DNA of 58,447 nucleotides from a virus. Lineage: Duplodnaviria; Caudoviricetes. The notes beneath the pieces are model-generated. The model had not been told where the DNA came from, did no database searches, and saw only the letters and a list, made by a program, of their open reading frames with translations. The stretch is taken from positions 1 to 58,447 of the IMG/VR virus record IMGVR_UViG_3300042934_000463, one strand, 5' to 3'. Numbering within the stretch: position 1 is the first letter of the stretch; every line of letters begins with the position of its first letter. Both the position numbers and the translations under genes were made by a program. Shown piece after piece: positions 37,190 through 46,662 of this stretch.

Positions 37190-37858
37190 ATGAGTTATAT
37201 AATAACTAACAATGTTAAAGACTACAAGGGGTTCCTACTTAAACAAGTAAGATATTCCAATGGAGAACTAGGTGGATGGGTTATAGGAGAAGGAGCTTTA
37301 GGATCTAATGCATATATAGGACCAGAAGTTATGGTATTTGGGGCAGTATCTGGTGTAGCTAGAGTGGAAGGTAAAAGTATTATAGATGGTATAGTTCAAG
37401 GTAATGCTAGAGTGTATGATTCACATATTCGAGGAGTGGTTAAACAAGATGTTATTGTTAATAATTCAGTAATATACAGAGATGCCATTATATCAGGGAA
37501 GTCTGAAATATCAAATGCTTTTATACACGATGTTGTTGAAGATGGAGTTAAGATCATTGGAACTGGTGAAGCTTCTAGATCTCTATCTGTTAACACTCCA
37601 CTAAGGGGTAAGTTGATTATAGAAGGAAAAGGCTCAATAGGATCTAATGCAAGAATATGGGTTCAAGAGGATTATGTATATACCAAAATCTGTGGAGAAG
37701 ATGTTATGATATATAAGACTCAGGATCTAACTCTACACTGCTCATCTAGTAATCCAGAAGTACAATCTATGGTTAAAAGATTTATAGTTGGTAATATGTA
37801 TAGAGTAGGAGAATATGCAGATGCAATTGGCTTAAGTGCAGCTATTGGAGAATTATAA
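37190..37858 (+). CDS. Left-handed beta-helix (hexapeptide repeat) protein
   Basis: GELGGWV followed by repeats such as VSGVARVEG / VQGNARVYD / ISGKSEISN. Confidence 0.75.
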   Translation: MSYIITNNVKDYKGFLLKQVRYSNGELGGWVIGEGALGSNAYIGPEVMVFGAVSGVARVEGKSIIDGIVQGNARVYDSHIRGVVKQDVIVNNSVIYRDAIISGKSEISNAFIHDVVEDGVKIIGTGEASRSLSVNTPLRGKLIIEGKGSIGSNARIWVQEDYVYTKICGEDVMIYKTQDLTLHCSSSNPEVQSMVKRFIVGNMYRVGEYADAIGLSAAIGEL

Positions 37859-37860
37859 TC

Positions 37861-38136
37861 ATGAAGAGAGTAATCATACACAAGATAACAGAGGAATTAC
37901 CAGGACACCTGCAGGGAGTTGACTTTGAAGGTAAAATAGGAACCATGATAAACAACCCTAGACAAATGAGTAGAGTCACAATATATCTGCCAACTGAAAA
38001 AGGATCTATGGGATTCATATCTTCAAGGATTTTGAGTATTGTAGGTAAGGATACTAACTTTATAACTTATGAAACTATAAAAGGTATAATCATAGTGGAG
38101 GTAATAGATGAAGAGAAGGAAGCCTCAGCTCAGTAA
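37861..38136 (+). CDS. Hypothetical protein
   Basis: Tightly packed operon ORF. Confidence 0.62.
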   Translation: MKRVIIHKITEELPGHLQGVDFEGKIGTMINNPRQMSRVTIYLPTEKGSMGFISSRILSIVGKDTNFITYETIKGIIIVEVIDEEKEASAQ

Positions 38137-38494
38137 AACAATGGAACTAGCTAAGCTGGGTGTAGAAGAATCAGAAGAAAGGATTTTGATGAGAAGGCTA
38201 TGGCTTTCAATACTGATCCACAGTTGTATATATTATGAGTTGGATGATTCACTTATTAGTGATGAGGTATGGAACCTAATGGCCCATGAATTGGTCAAGT
38301 TAAGAGATGAGAATCCTGGAATAGTTAAAAGCATGAAGTTTCCAGATGAGCTAAGGAAGTTTACACCTGCAACAGGACATGATCTGCCATTAAGAGATCC
38401 ATGGGTGTTGAGTATATCCCAGGACTTAATAAGAACAAGAGATAGAATGAAAAATACTATAAGACTCGATTTTAGGAGAGTAAAGAATGGATAA
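38108..38494 (+). CDS. Stand-alone NAD-dependent DNA ligase domain Ia-like protein
   Basis: HSCIYYELDDSLISDEVWN...EL..L resembles LigA H..YY..D.P.ISD..YD.L..EL. Confidence 0.65.
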   Translation: MKRRKPQLSKTMELAKLGVEESEERILMRRLWLSILIHSCIYYELDDSLISDEVWNLMAHELVKLRDENPGIVKSMKFPDELRKFTPATGHDLPLRDPWVLSISQDLIRTRDRMKNTIRLDFRRVKNG

Positions 38495-38867
38495 TCATTT
38501 TGAAAAGCTAGTCAATAATTTAGCTGGAGGTAAGGATAAACAATTAACAGAGTATGCAAAGGCCAATATTATTAGAACATTTTGTCCCCATATGTTCTTT
38601 CAAGATATGGAAAAGATTCAATGTAGGACCGCCAAAGGTACAATTAAAGCAGGCTTCTCATGTGAGAAGTGTTGGGGATGTAAAATAGTAGATAAACCGC
38701 TTAAAAAGAAGGAGAGGAATAAAAATGGCAAAAAGAAGAATAGGACTAATCAAGATACCCCAATATCTAGCAGCAGAGTTGGGAACCCAAGTGGAAAGAC
38801 AACTAACAATAGAAAAAGTAATGTTCGAAAGGTTACAAAAAGAAATTCAAATAGTGGAAAGGCATAA
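38487..38867 (+). CDS. Hypothetical Cys-containing protein
   Basis: AGGAG RBS; FCP...C...CEKCW; its C-terminus overlaps the next ORF. Confidence 0.55.
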   Translation: MDNHFEKLVNNLAGGKDKQLTEYAKANIIRTFCPHMFFQDMEKIQCRTAKGTIKAGFSCEKCWGCKIVDKPLKKKERNKNGKKKNRTNQDTPISSSRVGNPSGKTTNNRKSNVRKVTKRNSNSGKA

Positions 38868-39198
38868 CACCCATGACTATTTATTTTTATATTGTACCCA
38901 TCCTAAATTTGAGGAGATTGAAGATTACCAGGAAGTGGAAATACCAACTTATGAATACTATTTTAATTCTAGAGGAGATTTGAAATTTACAAATCCCGAT
39001 AGGCCATCTTCAGAACCAGGGGATCTAAATATATCTTGGGATACAGTACCAACGGGTGAATTATGGAAGGTACTGCAAGAAAGAAAAGGTGTTAAGTCCC
39101 AAACTATAAGAGCTACTTTAGGACCTTGTGACATTATATGTAGAACTTTAATTAAACCCACTAAGGAGGATTCAGATGAGGAAGAAAAAGGTCAATAG
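38725..39198 (+). CDS. Hypothetical protein
   Basis: AAGGAGAGG RBS. Confidence 0.65.
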   Translation: MAKRRIGLIKIPQYLAAELGTQVERQLTIEKVMFERLQKEIQIVERHNTHDYLFLYCTHPKFEEIEDYQEVEIPTYEYYFNSRGDLKFTNPDRPSSEPGDLNISWDTVPTGELWKVLQERKGVKSQTIRATLGPCDIICRTLIKPTKEDSDEEEKGQ

Positions 39199-39733
39199 CC
39201 CCCATGAAGAATTAGTAATGGATATTAGGAATCAAGGTGTAACTGATCTACTGGAAACAATATTGAAGATAGATGATAAGAATTATATGGATTTTATTAA
39301 TGACGCTATTGATATACTGCCCATTGGATTCTTTATACAACCTGCAAGTTCTTCGGGCAAGTATCATCCTGATTATGCAGCAGGTCTAGGAGGTCTTGTT
39401 AAGCATACTAAGGCTGCTTGTTTATATGCTGAGATATTATTCCCTATATATAGGTTCAAGGCCTCAACAAAGAATAGTATAAGGTGTGCATTAGTATTGC
39501 ATGATATAGCTAAGCCTGATAAGAACCATCCTATATTAGCTAAATTGATACTAGAGCCTCTAAGAAATAAATATGGTAAGATATTTGATGAGGTTATCCC
39601 CTTAATAGAATCACATATGGGGCAATGGGATAAGTATGGCAAACTACCTACCCCTATAACTGAAGCTCAGAAGTTTGTCCATCTATGTGATTATCTGGCA
39701 TCAAGGAAAGAATTAAATATTCCCATAAGGTAG
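39176..39733 (+). CDS. HD-domain phosphohydrolase
   Basis: PASSSGKYHP...GGLVKHT...LHD...SHMGQW...HLCDYLASR. Confidence 0.88.
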   Translation: MRKKKVNSPHEELVMDIRNQGVTDLLETILKIDDKNYMDFINDAIDILPIGFFIQPASSSGKYHPDYAAGLGGLVKHTKAACLYAEILFPIYRFKASTKNSIRCALVLHDIAKPDKNHPILAKLILEPLRNKYGKIFDEVIPLIESHMGQWDKYGKLPTPITEAQKFVHLCDYLASRKELNIPIR

Positions 39734-39743
39734 GTGATTTGGT

Positions 39744-40001
39744 ATGGGTTTTGCTAGACAACAAAGAAGGAAACAAGCCAGAAAAGAAGATAATGATGTA
39801 ACTAAGGAATTAAGAGACCTACAAAAATTACCCTTGAATGAATTTGCACAAACTATATATGACCAGATGATTAGTGAACATTTTAAGATCAGGAACATTA
39901 TAATTGAAGCTTTAAAGGAGACCAAAGGCATTGGCCCTAAAAGGATTCAACAAATTCTGGATAAGTATGAAGTTAAATATAAAGAATATTTAGAAAAATA
40001 G
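39744..40001 (+). CDS. Small protein with a helix-hairpin-helix motif
   Basis: TKGIGPKRIQQI. Confidence 0.6.
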   Translation: MGFARQQRRKQARKEDNDVTKELRDLQKLPLNEFAQTIYDQMISEHFKIRNIIIEALKETKGIGPKRIQQILDKYEVKYKEYLEK

Positions 40002-40012
40002 GAAAATGTTCG

Positions 40013-40041
40013 TTGACATAGTTCTAGCTGTATGGTAATAT
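40013..40041 (+). promoter_or_regulatory. Replication-gene promoter class TTGACATAG-N14-TAATAT (also 49124..49152 and 50992..51020)
   Basis: Three copies with identical 9-nt -35 extension and 17-bp spacing, each upstream of a replication-module gene. Confidence 0.65.
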
Positions 40042-40092
40042 ATTAATGTAATCAAAAAAATTAATTTTTTAAAATATGAGGAGGAAACAAAA

Positions 40093-40665
40093 ATGGCAAA
40101 GGCAAAGGCAAAATGGTTAGAGGAATCAAGCAACAAGGAATTACTGGAAATTGTAAAGGCAGGTATATCTGGGGATGAAGCTGCAGGAAAGAAAGCTCCA
40201 AAGGCTGTTGATGAATTATTAGAAAGAACACCAGACACAGATGGGGAAGTATCAGTAGAGGAAGCATTAGCTAACCTAGAAGTAGCAACTAATGTGGTTA
40301 AAGCTGCATACCAAGCTGAATTAGATGCAATGGATGGAGATCTAGGTGATACTGAAGAAGGCGGCGAAGATGAAGAAGAAGGAACACCTTCATTAGCTGA
40401 TATGTCCAAGAAAGAACTTGTTGAAATAGCTAAGGAATTAGGAATCAAGGGAGCTAAGAAAAAATCACAAGAGGAGCTAATCAAATTAATTGAAGAAGCT
40501 CAAGGTGAAACTGAAGAAGAAGATGGGGAAGATGATGTAGACTATTCTGAAATGTCTAAGAAAGAGCTAATAGCTGAATGTAAGGATAGAGGACTTAAGG
40601 TAAATAAAAAGGACTCAACTGAAAAATTAATAGCTGCCCTAGAAGCTGATGATAAAGACAAATAA
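40093..40665 (+). CDS. Acidic protein with two HeH/Rho-N-like repeats
   Basis: LADMSKKELVEIAKELGIK and YSEMSKKELIAECKDRGLK separated by E/D tracts. Confidence 0.75.
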   Translation: MAKAKAKWLEESSNKELLEIVKAGISGDEAAGKKAPKAVDELLERTPDTDGEVSVEEALANLEVATNVVKAAYQAELDAMDGDLGDTEEGGEDEEEGTPSLADMSKKELVEIAKELGIKGAKKKSQEELIKLIEEAQGETEEEDGEDDVDYSEMSKKELIAECKDRGLKVNKKDSTEKLIAALEADDKDK

Positions 40666-40735
40666 TATCCTTTAAGGGACATAATGGGAGGCTTAGGCTT
40701 CCCTTAATTTTTACAGAAAGGAGACTTAGTATAAA

Positions 40736-40942
40736 ATGGATAAACTAATATATCCAAATAAGGCTAAACCCATATACTGCCCTGAGCTGGGAACCTATTA
40801 CCCCTCAGCTAGTAACTGTGCAAAGACATTAGGAATTAGCCTACAAAATATCCGAAAGGTGTTAAAAGGTGATAGACAGACTTGCCATGGTTACCATTTC
40901 GAATATGCGCCAGAGGAGGTCCAGGATAAGGGGGAAGAATAA
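40736..40942 (+). CDS. NUMOD1-like small DNA-binding protein
   Basis: YPSASNCAKTLGI...IRKVLKG.RQTCHGYHFEY. Confidence 0.7.
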   Translation: MDKLIYPNKAKPIYCPELGTYYPSASNCAKTLGISLQNIRKVLKGDRQTCHGYHFEYAPEEVQDKGEE

Positions 40943-40945
40943 ATC

Positions 40946-42910
40946 ATGGGTGATAAGAAGGTCCAATTCCTAAAAGACATATATTCTAAACAGTGTGAAA
41001 ATGGGGACTATATAATCTTATCAGCTAAAGGACTGGATACTCCTTGGAAAGATGTGGCTATCCCTTATAATGATAAGACTATTGATAAAAAGTTAGATGG
41101 GTTTTTTAAACAGTACCCCACTGAAGACTATGATCTCTATTGGTCTCCAATGCCATACGCAGGACCTAAGAGAAGACTAGATAATTCAATAGAAAGTAAA
41201 TTCCTAGTACAGGATATAGATGAGTATGATAATCCTATGTCCATTGAACCCAAACCAAGCTACCTATGGGAATCATCTCCTGGAAAGTATCAGGGAATAT
41301 GGGAGCTTGATAGGTATATACCAGAATCTGAATATACACCCTTAAACAAAGCTTTAGCTGAGTCTATTGGTTGTGATGATTGTTTCGACTATTGTCATGT
41401 ATATAGAATACCTGGAAGTATAAACCATAAGTATAAAAATAACCCAAAGGTTAAATCTCCACAACATACTAACATGATCTATAAACCTAAGAATCTTAAA
41501 AAACTTCTAGGTGTAAATCATAAACAAGAAGAACCCACTGGAGATATAGATTCTAATGATCTAACTGAGAGAGGTATATATGCTAAATATAATATCCCCC
41601 AAAAGGTCAGAGATTTATTAGCTCTAACAGACATTACAGGTATTGACAGAAGTGATACCATATGGTATATTGAAAATAAGCTACATGAATTAAAGATGAC
41701 CCCCAATGAGATTATTTACCTTGTGAAAAATTCATCCTTTAATAAATATAAAGGGAGACATGATGAAGATAAAAGGCTTAGAAATGAGCTGGATAAAATC
41801 ATTAGTGGGAAGATTGAAGGTAAGATACAAAAAATGGAAGAATCCCAACTTAGAGTAGATTCCTACTTTGATGTAATGGGGAATCAAAGATCCTTTCCAG
41901 GATGGCTAATTGAAGGATTCTGGGGAAGAAGATCACATGGGATTGTAGCTGGTCAACCTAAAGTATTTAAGTCTACATTTACTCAGGATCTAATAATATC
42001 AGTAGCCTCAGGAAGACCCTTTCTAGGGAAATATAAGGTATTAGAACCTGGACCTGTGATATTAGTTCAAAATGAAAATGCTGATTGGATACTTAAGGAT
42101 AGAACTGAAAAATTAATTAATCATAGAGGATTGGTGGGTAAAGCTAAGATAAGGAATAGCCATATATTAAATGTTGATTTTCCACCAGAATTGCCAATAC
42201 ACTTCATTAACCAACAAGGATTTAGTTTTGATAATGACTCTCATAGAAAACAATTAGAAGATATGATTGTAGAAACTAAACCTGTGTTAATAGTATTTGA
42301 CCCATTGTATTTAATGATTAATGGAGACTTAAACAGTGCTTCTGAATTAGGTCCAACACTACAATGGTTATTACATCTAAAGAACACCTATAACACTGGA
42401 GTCATGGTAATACACCATTATAATAAAGGTGGAAATGCCACTCAAGTAAGAGGTGGTCAAAAGATGTTAGGTTCAGCTATCCTACATGGTTGGGTAGAAT
42501 CTGCTTGGTATTTAAAAAGAAGTGATGATGATCTAGAAGAACCTGATGAGGATATAGAGGATTTTGATAAACAATCTGATGTGCCTTCCAAGGTAATCAT
42601 GGATAGAGAGTTCCGTCTTGCAGGAACATTCCCACAAATACAATTAGAAATAGCAATGGGTAAGCATGGAGATCCTTATTATCATGTAGATGTAACAATG
42701 CCAGATAAGGAAGATAGGCCTAGTAATAAAGGTAGCCAAATCGAAAAGGATATTATAAACCTGATTGAATCACAAAGTGTTCCAGTAACTAAAGAAGATT
42801 TGAGGGAAAGGCTGGGATTAAAACATAAACAAATAAATGTGGCCTTGGATAAATTAATCCAGGATAAAAAAATCTCACCTACTAAAAATGGTTTTACTCT
42901 TTACAAATAA
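40946..42910 (+). CDS. Primase-helicase (RepB-like AEP primase plus RecA-like AAA_25 helicase)
   Basis: DID, ESSPGKYQ.IW and RIPGS.N.KY primase motifs; GQPKVFKS Walker A, VFDP Walker B, IHH..K. Confidence 0.88.
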   Translation: MGDKKVQFLKDIYSKQCENGDYIILSAKGLDTPWKDVAIPYNDKTIDKKLDGFFKQYPTEDYDLYWSPMPYAGPKRRLDNSIESKFLVQDIDEYDNPMSIEPKPSYLWESSPGKYQGIWELDRYIPESEYTPLNKALAESIGCDDCFDYCHVYRIPGSINHKYKNNPKVKSPQHTNMIYKPKNLKKLLGVNHKQEEPTGDIDSNDLTERGIYAKYNIPQKVRDLLALTDITGIDRSDTIWYIENKLHELKMTPNEIIYLVKNSSFNKYKGRHDEDKRLRNELDKIISGKIEGKIQKMEESQLRVDSYFDVMGNQRSFPGWLIEGFWGRRSHGIVAGQPKVFKSTFTQDLIISVASGRPFLGKYKVLEPGPVILVQNENADWILKDRTEKLINHRGLVGKAKIRNSHILNVDFPPELPIHFINQQGFSFDNDSHRKQLEDMIVETKPVLIVFDPLYLMINGDLNSASELGPTLQWLLHLKNTYNTGVMVIHHYNKGGNATQVRGGQKMLGSAILHGWVESAWYLKRSDDDLEEPDEDIEDFDKQSDVPSKVIMDREFRLAGTFPQIQLEIAMGKHGDPYYHVDVTMPDKEDRPSNKGSQIEKDIINLIESQSVPVTKEDLRERLGLKHKQINVALDKLIQDKKISPTKNGFTLYK

Positions 42911-42960
42911 AACTATTAATGATATAATCTAATTATCATAATCGGAAGGAAAGAGATGTT

Positions 42961-43422
42961 ATGAATATATATTTAAACTTCGAGGAGGGAATGGTTAGGA
43001 TAAAAAAATATGTAGTGGTTATAGTTATGAGAAGTAATAAAAAGGAAAAGATCCTTTATAACTCTGGACTACAATATTTTTATACTGAAGCTTCCAAAAA
43101 TCTTTATGTTAGAAGTATAAAAGAGAAATTTAAAGGTTCCAATTTAGAGGTTCATGATGTAGATATATATCAAGCCCATGCCCCTGAATCAGATACAAAG
43201 GTTAGAGGAAAATATTGGTGTCCCTATTGCCAAGGATATCACAAATATAAGAAGGATGGCTACTCAGGTTATTTAAGATGTGAAATTTGTGGTATGTCAG
43301 ATGGTGACTTCTATGTTAAAACTTATAATCATTTATGGTCAAAGACTGGAATTAAAACAACTGTATCAACAGTTCCAGTTGAAAATAAATCCACTAAAAA
43401 GAGGAGAGTGAAGAGAAAATGA
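42961..43422 (+). CDS. Zinc-finger hypothetical protein
   Basis: WCPYC...RCEICG; the start may be 42991. Confidence 0.65.
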   Translation: MNIYLNFEEGMVRIKKYVVVIVMRSNKKEKILYNSGLQYFYTEASKNLYVRSIKEKFKGSNLEVHDVDIYQAHAPESDTKVRGKYWCPYCQGYHKYKKDGYSGYLRCEICGMSDGDFYVKTYNHLWSKTGIKTTVSTVPVENKSTKKRRVKRK

Positions 43423-43946
43423 TAATTTGCACTGGAATGGATAATACGGGTAAAACTACACTATGTAATAAGTTAAAGATTCATTATGGATTAGAACTTA
43501 AAAAATCCCCTGGGCCTATATCTTACCCTGAACAAAAAGAATGGATGATGGAACAAGCTTTGAATAGTTTAGTATCTAATGAAGAAGTTATATATGATAG
43601 GTTCTCATTTATGGAAGAAATGGTATATGGTACTGTGTTAAGAAATGGCACATTATTTGATTTTAATTCTGAGGTAGTTAAAGCTGTTGCAGCTACTAGG
43701 CCTCAAATTATATATACTAGACCCCCAAGAAAAAAGATCTTTAACTTTGGTGATAGAGAACAGATGAAAGGTGTTGTTGACCAAAAGGAAGAGTTACTCA
43801 ATGCCTATGATGAATTAATATTTAATATGATATCAAAGGGATGGTTGGTCCATGTATATGATTATACAGAACCTGCAGCTCTTGAAAAATTAATGGAAAA
43901 GATAAACATGACCTTATTACTAAAAACAAAATTGGGAGGAATTTAA
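43419..43946 (+). CDS. Deoxynucleoside monophosphate kinase (thymidylate kinase-like)
   Basis: G.DNTGKTT P-loop; YDRF...E.VYG. Confidence 0.85.
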   Translation: MIICTGMDNTGKTTLCNKLKIHYGLELKKSPGPISYPEQKEWMMEQALNSLVSNEEVIYDRFSFMEEMVYGTVLRNGTLFDFNSEVVKAVAATRPQIIYTRPPRKKIFNFGDREQMKGVVDQKEELLNAYDELIFNMISKGWLVHVYDYTEPAALEKLMEKINMTLLLKTKLGGI

Positions 43947-43947
43947 T

Positions 43948-44601
43948 ATGAATATTACACATGCAACTGAGGAACAAATAATAGGGGATAAATTACAAGC
44001 CATATTTAAAAGACAAAGTGAACTAATGGAGAAGTACCATGACATTGAAGCTAGATCTGGACTATTACAGACACCCTTCGTACCTGTGAATATTAATGAC
44101 AAAAGGGGTCAAGCTAGAATTAAGGATTTTGCATGGAGGTTGACTGAAGAATTAGGAGAAGCTCTGGATGCCCTATCACATGAAGAGCATTTTCAGGAAG
44201 AACTTATTGATGGATTGCATTTTCTAACAGAGTTGACAATACTAGCTGGGAAGGATTATAATAGTATTATACCTAACACTATAGATGTAGAAAATATAGA
44301 AGGAGACTATCTAGATAAACTTCATGCCATAGCAACAATAAATTATATAAGTACCCATCTAGCTGATAATATAATGATCTTCATAAGAGAACTTGGCATG
44401 ATGTGTAATTGCCTCAAAAATAAACCTTGGAAACAATCTCAAATGTTAACTGACATGGAAGCTTTTAATACTAGGTTATATAATACATGGGTAGCTTATA
44501 TAGGAATACTAGAAGAATCTGGATTATTATCAGAAGATATAGCTAATATATATTTGAAAAAATCTCAGGTAAACCAATTCAGACAAAGAAGTAATTATTA
44601 A
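43948..44601 (+). CDS. All-alpha dCTP/dUTP pyrophosphatase (dimeric dUTPase / T4 gp56-like)
   Basis: EELGE, EELIDGLHF, KPWK and YLKK.QVNQFRQ..NY. Confidence 0.82.
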   Translation: MNITHATEEQIIGDKLQAIFKRQSELMEKYHDIEARSGLLQTPFVPVNINDKRGQARIKDFAWRLTEELGEALDALSHEEHFQEELIDGLHFLTELTILAGKDYNSIIPNTIDVENIEGDYLDKLHAIATINYISTHLADNIMIFIRELGMMCNCLKNKPWKQSQMLTDMEAFNTRLYNTWVAYIGILEESGLLSEDIANIYLKKSQVNQFRQRSNY

Positions 44602-44612
44602 GAGGTGATGTA

Positions 44613-45359
44613 ATGCTAATAAGGGAATACCAAAACTTTGATGAGCTATTCCTAAAACTGAATCAAGAAATTATATTGAATCCAGAGGAATGTATGGACT
44701 ATACTCAAAATATCCAAGGATTCATGGAAGACCTAATCATTACTTGTCATGGACATGGCTGTACCTTAGACTTGGGTGATTTTGGTTATAAGGTTGGTAA
44801 ATGGGGACATTTATTAAGATCCTATATTGACTACCCACAACTTCTTGAATTTAGGGAAAAGCTTCAAACAATAAGTGGTATGTCATACACATATTACTTC
44901 AATAGGAAAAAGGCCACTAATGGCTCATGCCTCATAGCTGTGGTTATGACTAGACCCAAAAGAAAAGGCCCATGGAAACACATGAAGATCATGTATAGAG
45001 TATGTGAATTACAAAAGAAGTTTGCAGCAGATTTGGTTTTAATAAACAGATTCATTGAAGAATTACCCCAAGAATGTTGTGAGATTGATGAAATTACCTT
45101 CCATATGTCTCAAGCTTATTTATCAGGTATGTTTATAAATGGCTACTTTGAATATTTCAAGGTTGATAGAAAAATTATTGAAAAGAGTAAACATCCATGG
45201 CATAGAACTCTAACTTCAAACTTTAATAGGTTTTTTAAATCTCCTGACCAAATACACTCATACAAAGCTCTTCAAAAGATGCAAAAATTACATTTTGGTA
45301 TGGAAGACTTTGAATCAATACAACTGGAGAAGTTATCAATAGATGAGTACTTTAAATAA
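44613..45359 (+). CDS. Divergent thymidylate-synthase-fold protein (paralog 1)
   Basis: SCL (catalytic Cys position) and MYRVCELQKKFAAD aligning with RSxD-x7-N/D; context. Confidence 0.55.
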   Translation: MLIREYQNFDELFLKLNQEIILNPEECMDYTQNIQGFMEDLIITCHGHGCTLDLGDFGYKVGKWGHLLRSYIDYPQLLEFREKLQTISGMSYTYYFNRKKATNGSCLIAVVMTRPKRKGPWKHMKIMYRVCELQKKFAADLVLINRFIEELPQECCEIDEITFHMSQAYLSGMFINGYFEYFKVDRKIIEKSKHPWHRTLTSNFNRFFKSPDQIHSYKALQKMQKLHFGMEDFESIQLEKLSIDEYFK

Positions 45360-45612
45360 TCATATAACTATCTTTGAAGTCTCACCTTGTGGGATAGGAA
45401 ATAAAAACTTAGTTGTAAGAGTGATATGTAGTGAAGCTAAGGACTGGAGTGAAAAACAAATAAGAGATAATTATAAAAGGATTAAAAAACTCATGAAGAA
45501 AAAGAATCATGATTTTAAAGAACTTGATGTATTTATCTGGTATGAAGACCCTACAAAAAATAATTGGCCTGGAGCTAATATCATAATAAATAATAAAGGA
45601 GAGAGGCTGTAA
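45343..45612 (+). CDS. Hypothetical protein inside the modification cluster
   Basis: Overlapping ORF between the two TS-fold genes. Confidence 0.55.
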   Translation: MSTLNNHITIFEVSPCGIGNKNLVVRVICSEAKDWSEKQIRDNYKRIKKLMKKKNHDFKELDVFIWYEDPTKNNWPGANIIINNKGERL

Positions 45613-45613
45613 A

Positions 45614-46378
45614 ATGAGAATATATATTGATGTAAATGAAGCTTTTGAAGAAGTTAAAAGAGACTTAATGGAAATGGGTATTGAGGTTAAACCCAAATCA
45701 ATGCAAGATAAGGACATTGAAGGAAACACTGACTATTATACAAAGGAACTACAAAATTATTCATATAGTATATTAGCTGTTAAACCAGAAGATGTTCCTA
45801 GAGTAACACAACCTTGGGCCGATGCTGAATTTGAGGAAAGAGTAATGGATCCAATAGGTCTTAGGAATTACTATGATGATGAAGAACTACTATCTAAGTT
45901 TGGTATTAATGTAGAAAAGTCTGATGAGAAATACACAATTAATCCGGGTAAGGCATATAAGCTAAGAGATGAAGTATGGAATGAGTTTTTACATGATGGG
46001 GAATTTGGTTATACCTATAATGAAAGAATTAATCATTTTAACCAACTAAACCAAATCATCAATAGGATTAAAAAAGATCCAGGCTCAAGACAACTATGGT
46101 TATCTCTTTGGGATCCATCTATAGATCCAGCTCATATTGGGGGTAAGGTAAGAGTACCATGCTCATTAGGATATAATTTCCAAGTAAGAGAGGGTAAATT
46201 AAACATCCACTACATTATGAGAAGTTGTGATTTTGCTACTCACTTCCCTAATGATGTTTACCTATCAATGAAACTATTACAATATATAGCTGAACAAACA
46301 GGCTACCCTGTAGGCTCATTTACACATACCATATTCTCACTCCATGTATATAATAAAGATGTTGAGGGGGTATTCTAA
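45614..46378 (+). CDS. Thymidylate-synthase-family enzyme, predicted dCMP (hydroxy)methylase
   Basis: YTYNERI, SRQ, VPCS, MRSCDFATHFPND and SLHVY; Asp at the position equal to T4 gp42 Asp179 / E. coli ThyA Asn177. Confidence 0.82.
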   Translation: MRIYIDVNEAFEEVKRDLMEMGIEVKPKSMQDKDIEGNTDYYTKELQNYSYSILAVKPEDVPRVTQPWADAEFEERVMDPIGLRNYYDDEELLSKFGINVEKSDEKYTINPGKAYKLRDEVWNEFLHDGEFGYTYNERINHFNQLNQIINRIKKDPGSRQLWLSLWDPSIDPAHIGGKVRVPCSLGYNFQVREGKLNIHYIMRSCDFATHFPNDVYLSMKLLQYIAEQTGYPVGSFTHTIFSLHVYNKDVEGVF

Positions 46379-46614
46379 TGAATCATTGTAAAGATGAGGA
46401 TAACAAAAGAACAGAAAAGGTTAGGAACATTGTATGGGGTGATAGTGTTAAAGATGATAAGGTAGCTGTATATATTACCAACTTAAATGGATTAGTTAAG
46501 ACTACTGGATTAAATGTAAAACCTGGAATAGGTTTATATGAAGAAGGTGTATTAATAGCTACTATTGAATATGACCAGAATAAAGGTGAATACTACGCTA
46601 TGCCACCAATTTAA
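46378..46614 (+). CDS. Hypothetical protein
   Basis: TAATG coupling with the upstream TS-fold gene. Confidence 0.6.
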   Translation: MNHCKDEDNKRTEKVRNIVWGDSVKDDKVAVYITNLNGLVKTTGLNVKPGIGLYEEGVLIATIEYDQNKGEYYAMPPI

Positions 46615-46662
46615 AATTTTGAGGAGAGTAACATCTCCTCTCTACCATTAGGAGGTAACTAT

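Noticed and set aside
40736-40942. Homing endonuclease or intron
   Set aside because: Only a NUMOD1-like DNA-binding motif; no HNH or GIY-YIG domain, and flanking genes are uninterrupted
45614-46378. Ordinary ThyA or SPO1-type dUMP hydroxymethylase
   Set aside because: The specificity position is Asp rather than Asn and a ThyX-like gene is also present; disfavoured but not excluded without an assay
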